A stretch of 61,473 bases of DNA from Candidatus Thalassarchaeum sp. (GCA_022449945.1 JAKURM010000003.1:1-61473), one strand, 5' to 3'. Numbered from the stretch's first letter, positions 9,333 to 16,083 are shown. Translations and numbers: made by a program. Notes: generated from the letters alone by a model not told the origin.

Positions 9333-9467
9333 GAAATCACGATGCTCGTAAAATATTAGACCCTTTCCTAGAGCGTTTCTGGTCCGACATGATTCGAGCG
9401 GGCCAGAGAATTGCTCGTCCCTTCATATAGGTTGGAAGGCAATCAATCAGGAAAGGAGGTTTAGGCA
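9333..9467. promoter_or_regulatory. Divergent intergenic control region (TATA-like boxes and an SD for the Ubl gene)
   Basis: AAAATATTA at 9350-9358 is near the minus-strand gene. ATATAGG at 9425-9431 lies about 37 nt upstream of the Ubl ATG. AGGAGGT at 9454-9460 lies 7 nt upstream of ATG 9468. Confidence 0.35.
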
Positions 9468-9686
9468 ATGACAGATATCAAGACACTAGTCCAGATCGCT
9501 GATCAGAATGGTCACACCTCCGCGATGATGACGAGAGAAGAAACTCTCGAAGCCGTAGCGGAGAACAATGGCGCCTGGGTTTTCAATGGTGAGGGACAGA
9601 TGGTCCAGCCGGCTCAGCTGGCTGAAGCAGACTTCAGCACCATTGGGACCGTGCGCATCGTGCCAGGTCTGGTAGGCGGACTGTGA
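9468..9686 (+). CDS. Ubiquitin-like / ThiS-MoaD-like beta-grasp protein with masked C-terminal diglycine (…VGGL)
   Basis: 72 aa. The C-terminus TVRIVPGLVGGL-stop resembles ThiS/MoaD/SAMP tails (…GG) but has one extra residue. It has a strong SD and lies immediately upstream of the E1-like and JAB genes. Confidence 0.6.
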   Translation: MTDIKTLVQIADQNGHTSAMMTREETLEAVAENNGAWVFNGEGQMVQPAQLAEADFSTIGTVRIVPGLVGGL

Positions 9687-9719
9687 CACAGAGAAAAACC
9701 ACCATCGGAACTACGTAAA

Positions 9720-9746
9720 CCCCCGCTGGGGACTCTCCAGCGGGGG
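9720..9746 (+). promoter_or_regulatory. GC-rich intercistronic stem-loop between the Ubl and E1-like genes
   Basis: Perfect 10-bp inverted repeat CCCCCGCTGG (9720-9729) / CCAGCGGGGG (9737-9746) with a 7-nt loop. No T-tract follows. Confidence 0.5.
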
Positions 9747-9781
9747 CCAACAATTAACAGAGAAATGAAAGAGATGAGAAA

Positions 9782-10441
9782 ATGGACATATCAGTAATCG
9801 GGGCGGGCGGCATAGGCTCGAACTTTGTTCGAAGCGTAGCACCTGCAATTTCTACTGGCTCCCTTGTCGAATCACTGGGAGGGGCTAATCTAATGATTTT
9901 CGACTCTGACTCGGTTGAGGAGAAAAACCTGAGACTAGGGCAGAGGTTCGGACATGGCGACCTTGGCCTATCCAAAGTCGAAGCGATAAAGAGGTCGATT
10001 CTTGCGTTCGAAGGAGACCTGTTGAGCGTAGTGGCATACGAGCATGACATCAGGGGGGCTGGCGATATCCAGAAGTCCGACGTTGTGGTAGTTTGCGTGG
10101 ACAACATGCATGCAAGGAGGATTGTGCACTCTCTCGATGTCCCATGGCTAGACCTTCGGTGCTCTGGTGACGGTTACGTCGCAATAGACCACAGAGTGGA
10201 GGCATCAGTAGTTTCGAGCCTGTCAAATGACTCGGTTCATTCCCACTCTTGCCAATTGGAAGGATGGGAATCGGGCTTCCTGCAGGCAGGATTCTTAGCA
10301 GCTGCTGCACATGGATACCAGTGGCTTATCGCTATTATGAGGCAGTTAAGCGGTTTCGAAAGGGCGGTTCTTCCGGAGCCCAGATCCACAAGCGTGACGT
10401 TCGGGACCCTTGGGAAACTGCCTATGTCGGAGGAAATGTGA
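9782..10441 (+). CDS. Minimal ThiF/MoeB/E1-like adenylyltransferase
   Basis: Starts directly with the Rossmann loop VIGAGGIGS. Then come FDSDSVEEKNLRLGQRF (the DxDxVexsNLnRQ block), LSKVEA and CVDNMHARR (the DN..aR block). Only 219 aa, with no CxxC zinc motifs and no rhodanese or E2 fusion. Confidence 0.75.
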   Translation: MDISVIGAGGIGSNFVRSVAPAISTGSLVESLGGANLMIFDSDSVEEKNLRLGQRFGHGDLGLSKVEAIKRSILAFEGDLLSVVAYEHDIRGAGDIQKSDVVVVCVDNMHARRIVHSLDVPWLDLRCSGDGYVAIDHRVEASVVSSLSNDSVHSHSCQLEGWESGFLQAGFLAAAAHGYQWLIAIMRQLSGFERAVLPEPRSTSVTFGTLGKLPMSEEM

Positions 10442-10972
10442 ATGGCGGATAGACCCTTATTACCAAGCCCTCCAGTAGAAGAAATTCTGCATGATCGAGA
10501 GGCAGTTAATATTGCCATAGAAGAGGGCAGGCACTCGTCTCTCATCATATGTGAGACCATAGCCGCCCTAACCAAACTAGGGAGGTTCGAGGAGCTCTGG
10601 AAAATAGCCGATAGCATGTCTAAAGAGGTCAGTGTACTAGTTGACGCAGAAGGAAGGGTCTGGGTAGACATAGGAACGAAGAGCAGCGTGAGATTATCTC
10701 CTGCCCAGGGTTCAGTAATCCCATACAGGCTCTGGCTTCACACACATCCCCACGAGGCCTATGCGAGTCAGACGGATAGAGGCACCCTAGCGGGGTGTTC
10801 CATGATTCTTCATGAGGCCATAGTTCTTGGACATGATCACATGGTCAGGCTTCAGAGAAAGCCGGCAGGAATTGGCAGGTCCCTGGAAGACTATGGACCC
10901 TTGTCTACTTGGACCTCAGATGAAGACATTGTGCTCTACTCCAGCCTCAAGGAGGACTACTATGACAGATAA
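10442..10972 (+). CDS. JAB/MPN+ (JAMM-like) metallopeptidase with N-terminal helical extension
   Basis: LWLHTHPHEAYASQTD (10739-10777) gives HxH-x6-S-xx-D, with an upstream Glu (KEVSVLVDAEG). The ATG directly abuts the E1 stop (TGAATG). Confidence 0.6.
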   Translation: MADRPLLPSPPVEEILHDREAVNIAIEEGRHSSLIICETIAALTKLGRFEELWKIADSMSKEVSVLVDAEGRVWVDIGTKSSVRLSPAQGSVIPYRLWLHTHPHEAYASQTDRGTLAGCSMILHEAIVLGHDHMVRLQRKPAGIGRSLEDYGPLSTWTSDEDIVLYSSLKEDYYDR

Positions 10973-11201
10973 GCTAGAGCAAGCCACCAAGAGGCTAAGG
11001 AGGCTAGCAGAAGGAACCGAAGAAGGAACAAGTGGACTATCTATTTCCTCAATGATCGAGGCAGTGGTCGGGCCCGGCTACGATGACGAGCTTGCGGGCC
11101 TTGTATCCATGGCACTCAGGGCCAGTGAAAGCGGGATGAGCCTTGACGAGATAGCAAAGGGGATTCTGTCATTGGAAGACTGGAGATACAGTCATTCCTG
11201 A
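10962..11201 (+). CDS. 79-aa helical protein, possibly an HTH, translationally coupled to the JAB gene
   Basis: ATG at 10962 overlaps the JAB 3' end by 11 nt and follows GGAGGA (10951-10956). The product is MTDKLEQATKRLRRLAEG...SGMSLDEIAKGILSLED, and the last part resembles a helix-turn-helix. The track ORF 10827-11201 is trimmed to this start. Confidence 0.5.
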   Translation: MTDKLEQATKRLRRLAEGTEEGTSGLSISSMIEAVVGPGYDDELAGLVSMALRASESGMSLDEIAKGILSLEDWRYSHS

Positions 11202-11450
11202 TTGAGCAAAGCCTCACGCTTGTGACTGGAAAACACATGATTAAATACCCGCCATGCCAAACCTAAGACGGCCGGAACCGGGCAATAACTAGAGCCTAGC
11301 GAAAGGGGCCCTTGTTGGCAAAAGGACATGCTGAATCTACATGATTCGGCAATGTTCAATAGCCGCATGGATGCCAGGTCGTTTCCCCGATGATATAGGG
11401 GAATTATGGAAATTTATTTTGTAGCAAGGGAAAGAGAAAAGGTGGGAGAA

Positions 11451-12455
11451 ATGACATCAGAAGAAGAGAGTAATAGTCGTCAAGATGACGATAGAAAATG
11501 TAGCTCATGTGGCTATCATGATCTAATAGAAGATTCAAGGCGTGGCGAGATATTATGCCCCAAATGTGGATCCGTGGAACTAGACCGAATCACCGCCGAG
11601 GATGGCGTGGAGATATCCAGGGGGGAAGAATCCCAAAACACGCCATCTAGGAAACTAGGTTCTGCGGCAATCAGAGGAAAGGACCGTGATGCCAGGAAAC
11701 TTGAGAGGACTAGGAAGAGGGAGGACCGGGAGAGGTCGACATTCCTTAGAGAGATAGAGGAGCTAGCCGAGAACACGATAGAAGGGGAACGGACAAAGCA
11801 AGACGTGATGCGCCTTCTAAGGGACCTAGGAGAAGACGAAGATGAGTCTTCTCTTGCAGATAACCGAAAGAAGAGACAGGGCCTTAGAGACCTCGAAGGA
11901 GGAGAAAGAAGGGCATACAGACAGAGACTGTATCTATCTGGGGCCATGAAGGCTCTGAACGACTCGGGTAGGCCCAATCAGGCACCACAGGTTGCCGAAA
12001 GATGGGGTATAAATCACTCAGACCTAATGGACGTCGCTAAGATGTTCAAGAAGATACTGTCAAGGAGAGGCTGTAGAGAAGACGTAGATGAAGACGAATG
12101 GATGAGGCAGAGGTCGGCAATGCTGCTGTACAATCTGGAAAAGATCAGGGAGTTCTTCGCCCAAACGGAAGGATGGGAAGTTGCAAACGAAGTTTATGCC
12201 AGAGCAATCGAGATTCTGAAGAGCCAGAATGAGCCTTTGCCTCCTGACAACTCCTGCGACAAGAAGGTAGTGGGGAACTTCTGCAACATGGTGGAACATC
12301 GGGCGGCCTGGGAGGCGTTTGTCGCTGGAATGAAGGAGATGGGTTTCTCCGATTCCAAGGTTAGAGGTCTGAGGAAGGAACTACCACTCTCTTCGACAAA
12401 GAACTTCACGGAGAGGCGTTCTGGTGCGCTTTCCGAAGGCGGCGAAGAAGAGTGA
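11451..12455 (+). CDS. Divergent TFB/TFIIB-like transcription factor (Zn ribbon plus one recognisable cyclin-like repeat)
   Basis: CSSCGYHDLIEDSRRGEILCPKCGSVEL (11499-11567) matches the TFB N-terminal Zn ribbon. RLYLSGAMKALNDSGRPNQAPQVAERWGINHSDLMDVAKMFKKIL resembles a TFB cyclin-repeat HTH. The linker is long and highly charged (K/R/E). The start is ambiguous: 11406 from the track, or 11451 preceded by GGTGGGAG. Confidence 0.55.
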   Translation: MTSEEESNSRQDDDRKCSSCGYHDLIEDSRRGEILCPKCGSVELDRITAEDGVEISRGEESQNTPSRKLGSAAIRGKDRDARKLERTRKREDRERSTFLREIEELAENTIEGERTKQDVMRLLRDLGEDEDESSLADNRKKRQGLRDLEGGERRAYRQRLYLSGAMKALNDSGRPNQAPQVAERWGINHSDLMDVAKMFKKILSRRGCREDVDEDEWMRQRSAMLLYNLEKIREFFAQTEGWEVANEVYARAIEILKSQNEPLPPDNSCDKKVVGNFCNMVEHRAAWEAFVAGMKEMGFSDSKVRGLRKELPLSSTKNFTERRSGALSEGGEEE

Positions 12456-14381
12456 TCAAGGGATGTGCTGATCGGATCCTGGCAATAGAGCAGCAGTTCC
12501 GGGGTTTACTCGTTCGAACATACTCCAAAGTGGTGCTGCAATGACTCGGATTCGGCCATTGACAACCAGCCTGTGCTCAAGCATCCCGGCGATTTCCTCC
12601 ACATCGTTCCCCAGATCTGCCTCACCGGTTCCGGTCCTGATGTAGATTCTCAGAGACCCTCTGACTCCCTCTTCAACCTTGTCTCTGATCCAACCAGATG
12701 CCTGTAGCATGCGATACAAGACCTGCCTGTCCTCCATGTTGTATGTCCTGAAAGTGGTCTCGCAGTCGTCGAATGAGACGTTTGGTGGCCCATTCCTGTT
12801 CATTGCAGTGAACGTCATCCTAGAACCGAGGGGCATTCGAAGAAGGACCCCCCATAGACGAGGGAATGATTCTGTGCACCTAGTCTGGGTCCGTGCTATT
12901 CGGTTCCTTGCAAGTTGGTACCGAAGCTCTTCGGCTCGATTGTGGGCTGTAACATCTGGGTTCTGGGCCTGTCTCGGCCTATGCCTTCTGATGTGAGACC
13001 TCAGAGTGTCGATGTGATTCTGACTAGACAGGTCATCTAGCAATGAAAGTACGATCGTACCGATCGCATCGCCAAGTACAAGCCTCCTAAGTTCCGGTCT
13101 CTCGACTATGCAGATTGCCCGATCTCGGAATGCAATCCTCTGACGGAATTGGGGCCATCCATGCTGATGGCCTCTTGCTGGTTCAGCATCGCCCGTAATT
13201 GGACTAACTACGAACCTGGTTGAGTGGCCTCCCCTTCCAGGTCTAACTGCGTATCTCAGTCCGCTAGTTCCACGTACATGTATCTCGGTAGAGTCTTCAG
13301 TTATCTCCGCCCTCTGGTTTGCCTCCAGAACGTTTCTGAGGAAGTTTATCCCATTGACGTCCTTGCCTTCCACTACCCTCATTGGGGTGTCGGCAAAGAT
13401 GTGCTGCTGCAGAGTGCGAACCCGTCGGTGGTCAAAGTGGTCGGGCGGGCTCATAACCCAAGTTACTATTCTAGACCAGACCCTGGGGCAACTGTCGAGT
13501 TCGAGTCTCTTCCATCCGCTATTTCTCCTGACCCTTAGTTGGAGCCTTCCTCGATGAATTCTCAGTGTCGGTGGGACCTTTAGGTCTTCATCTGGAGGAT
13601 CAGTTGTCCAATCCATGCTGATTTGGGAATTGTCCCATCTCCTCAGCCACTCAGTTCCCTTGAACATCCATCTCTGTGCCCTGGGTGTTCTGCTACCAGG
13701 GATCCTGTGCCTCTGGAGCATTTCCATTATCCTGTACTCTCGCATCGAGTTAGTGGTGATAATCAGAGATGCGGGGTGGAATAGAGGGGATGTCTCCGGG
13801 GACATGCCCACGTCTGTAGGCAACTTCGAGCAAGCCAGGTCTATCGATCTGAGCAATAGCTTCCAATTCACCCCTTTGGAAACCCCTGGATGCCTGGAAA
13901 GTACCTTCATCAGACCTCTGTAGGGGATCTTGCAAGGCCGCCCATCTAGGAACCAGTACCCGTGTGCATGGCAAAGGTGACTCCCATCGGGGAGTAGTCC
14001 TCCGCGTGCAAGCTTTCGTAGTATTGCTTCGTGCTGCGAACCAATAGACCTGTTCGATATTACACTGGTTATATCGTCCTCAGAAATACTCCAATCAGGC
14101 GGAGGGACAGAAATTCTGTCCTGGGAACTCTCTCCCAACTGAAATGCCCAATCGTACTCATCATCCTGAATCGATCTTATCCTCGACCAAATCTGAGCTG
14201 GCCTCAATCCTGGTTTTCCAAGTTGGCTCCTCACTCTCAGTATCGTCTCTTTGTCCTGGACAAGGCCTACGTTCTGACCAGTTATGTGAGGAGAGAGGAG
14301 AGTACAAACCTGACATTTCTCCTGGTTTCCTTCAACTTCGCCTTTGCAACATTCGCACTTACGAAGATTGGGGTCATTCAT
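12456..14381 (-). CDS. Large Arg-rich protein of unknown function with N-terminal Zn ribbon (paralog 1)
   Basis: 641-aa uninterrupted ORF with N-terminal CECCKGEVEGNQEKCQVC. It shares several collinear blocks with the upstream gene product. The ATG overlaps the upstream stop (ATGAATGA). Confidence 0.6.
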   Translation of the reverse strand: MNDPNLRKCECCKGEVEGNQEKCQVCTLLSPHITGQNVGLVQDKETILRVRSQLGKPGLRPAQIWSRIRSIQDDEYDWAFQLGESSQDRISVPPPDWSISEDDITSVISNRSIGSQHEAILRKLARGGLLPDGSHLCHAHGYWFLDGRPCKIPYRGLMKVLSRHPGVSKGVNWKLLLRSIDLACSKLPTDVGMSPETSPLFHPASLIITTNSMREYRIMEMLQRHRIPGSRTPRAQRWMFKGTEWLRRWDNSQISMDWTTDPPDEDLKVPPTLRIHRGRLQLRVRRNSGWKRLELDSCPRVWSRIVTWVMSPPDHFDHRRVRTLQQHIFADTPMRVVEGKDVNGINFLRNVLEANQRAEITEDSTEIHVRGTSGLRYAVRPGRGGHSTRFVVSPITGDAEPARGHQHGWPQFRQRIAFRDRAICIVERPELRRLVLGDAIGTIVLSLLDDLSSQNHIDTLRSHIRRHRPRQAQNPDVTAHNRAEELRYQLARNRIARTQTRCTESFPRLWGVLLRMPLGSRMTFTAMNRNGPPNVSFDDCETTFRTYNMEDRQVLYRMLQASGWIRDKVEEGVRGSLRIYIRTGTGEADLGNDVEEIAGMLEHRLVVNGRIRVIAAPLWSMFERVNPGTAALLPGSDQHIP

Positions 14382-16083
14382 CGTTATCCCTCGGCCCCGA
14401 TTGAGGCATTCGCCGAATGCTCTCTAGCATTTCTTCTATTGCTTCTATCCTCCATCCATTCCCGTTGTCGATCGAGAATTCTGGGTCTGATTCGGCAAAT
14501 GGATCGGGCTCCGGCTCGGGCTCCGGCTCGGGCTCCGGCTCTGGTTCGTAGTCTGGTTCGTAGTCTGGATCGTATCCCGGATCATGGAATTCCCCATCCT
14601 CCCACATCTCATAGTGCCCCTCAACAGCTGACCACCAACTGTCCAGATCCCCACCTAGGTCGTATTTCTCATTTACATGTTCACAAGCAGAGAGAAGAAT
14701 GTTGAGAGTGAAAATCTGATTCCTTGAAGATATGTCGTTCCGGAGAGCAAGTACGTATGAGGCGCAGATGTCGCCAGCGCACAGGTTCTTGTTTGCAGAT
14801 ATCTGGTTAGGATCGATGCAAAGTTGGATGTGGACATGTGGTTTTCCTATGTGAGTTGAATTTGGAAGCGCGAAAACCATGAACTTTCCAGAATGTTCAG
14901 ACGGGTTGATTACGTATACTATTCCAGATTCCCCCACTACAAGTATACCCGTACTCTCGTCGGGCATGTGCTTTACTGGAAGGGTGGTCGAGTAGATGCC
15001 CAGCGAGTCAATAGTCTCTCGAAGGAAGCGGGAAGACCTCTCCTGCTGGATTGTTGGCCTCCATTCTGAATCTCGCGAGTCCCAAACCCAAAAGATGTTC
15101 TTCGAGAGCTCTGCTCCGTCTTCCTCTGGAGGGTAAAGAATGGAGTTCACCAGGACTCTCCATACCTTCGCATCGACAACCACCGGAGTCGTAGTCGGTG
15201 TTCCCGACTTTAGAACAATTAGACTGAGTCTTCCCCTTTCCACTACTAGCCTGGGATGTATCCTTATGGAAAACAGCCTGCAGAATTCCTCTTCTTTCCC
15301 TTTGCGGATAATCCCGCTCCAAGCCTCCGAGGCTTCTCCTCCGAATTCCGAAATTAATGATAAGGAGTCTCTTGCAATGCTACCCATCGACTTCTCGGCT
15401 GTTGCTCTTCTTCCCGAAATGAGGGCAATCAGTGAAAGGAAAGGGTGAAGATTTACACCTCGGAACTCCATATCTATCGATGGGTCGGGAACGTCGATTC
15501 CCTGCCACCCATTTTGCCTTAGCCATGGTGACCATTCACGGTCTTCCAAACTGGATATGCTTCTACAGCAGCAACTGAGGGCGAGTAGGAAGTGTTTCCA
15601 AGACCTGATGGCGGTAACTCTGTCCGGATTTGCCAGCCACTCGCAAATGTCCAGCATAGGCAATGGCCCTTCCAACCGTATCCCATCGATGGAAATCCTG
15701 TCTTGATGATCTATCTCTAGAAGGCAGTCTGGAAGGGAGTATAATCCCCTAGGAAGGTACCCATAAATCCTGAATGACTCAAGTGCGGACTTCCAGATTC
15801 CGGAGAATCCTTGCGAACTTACCCCATTGGGGCCCCTAGACGATCTGAATCCTGGTGGAAGATTGCTCTCGGGAAATGCCCCAGCAAGACTTAGCATCTT
15901 CTGCTCCGGGCTTAGCCCCCTGGCAGGGTCAAAGATTGAACTAGAGTGTTCTCGCTGCTTAGAATCCGGCCTCTGCGAATGATGGAGGCCGAAGAATGGC
16001 TCTTGGAGAGACTGACACCCAGCGCATCTCTCGTGTCCATCGGGTGCGCTAGAACCACACCACCCATTGCATGAAGACGGCAT
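14374..16083 (-). CDS. Large protein of unknown function with N-terminal Zn ribbon and acidic EP-repeat tail (paralog 2)
   Basis: 569-aa ORF with N-terminal CNGWCGSSAPDGHERCAGC and a C-terminal YDPDYEPDYEPEPEPEPEPEPEPDP. It begins 41 nt downstream of the dus stop on the same strand. Confidence 0.6.
   Translation of the reverse strand: MPSSCNGWCGSSAPDGHERCAGCQSLQEPFFGLHHSQRPDSKQREHSSSIFDPARGLSPEQKMLSLAGAFPESNLPPGFRSSRGPNGVSSQGFSGIWKSALESFRIYGYLPRGLYSLPDCLLEIDHQDRISIDGIRLEGPLPMLDICEWLANPDRVTAIRSWKHFLLALSCCCRSISSLEDREWSPWLRQNGWQGIDVPDPSIDMEFRGVNLHPFLSLIALISGRRATAEKSMGSIARDSLSLISEFGGEASEAWSGIIRKGKEEEFCRLFSIRIHPRLVVERGRLSLIVLKSGTPTTTPVVVDAKVWRVLVNSILYPPEEDGAELSKNIFWVWDSRDSEWRPTIQQERSSRFLRETIDSLGIYSTTLPVKHMPDESTGILVVGESGIVYVINPSEHSGKFMVFALPNSTHIGKPHVHIQLCIDPNQISANKNLCAGDICASYVLALRNDISSRNQIFTLNILLSACEHVNEKYDLGGDLDSWWSAVEGHYEMWEDGEFHDPGYDPDYEPDYEPEPEPEPEPEPEPDPFAESDPEFSIDNGNGWRIEAIEEMLESIRRMPQSGPRDNDE
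14504..14580 (-). repeat. Short in-frame tandem repeat encoding (DYEP)2(EP)n
   Basis: The plus strand reads GGGCTCCGGCTC GGGCTCCGGCTC GGGCTCCGGCTC TGGTTCGTAGTC TGGTTCGTAGTC TGGATCGTA, that is 12-nt units x3 then x2. Confidence 0.8.

Noticed and set aside
11202-11405. The 200-bp intergenic region after the Ubl operon was inspected for a tRNA, an att site or a small RNA.
   Set aside because: No cloverleaf-compatible arms or T-loop (GTTCGAAT-like) sequence were seen. No repeat was seen matching the other module boundary (16084-16124 or 9038-9107).
13900-13960. An H-x6-G-x2-C pattern (HGYWFLDGRPC) in the 641-aa protein has the same H/G/C spacing as the UBC E2 active-site block HPN(I)xxxGxIC. This hinted that the missing E2 is hidden there. 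The coordinates are approximate.
   Set aside because: Only three matching residues, with no HPN and no flanking UBC features visible. The Cys is not conserved in the paralog. This is too weak without structure or profile support, and is kept only as something to test.
14031-14705. A 224-aa plus-strand ORF containing the repeat PARAPARAPALVRSLVRSL.
   Set aside because: It is antisense to the junction of the two large paralogs. Its repeat is merely the reverse-complement reading of the EP/DYEP tandem repeat.
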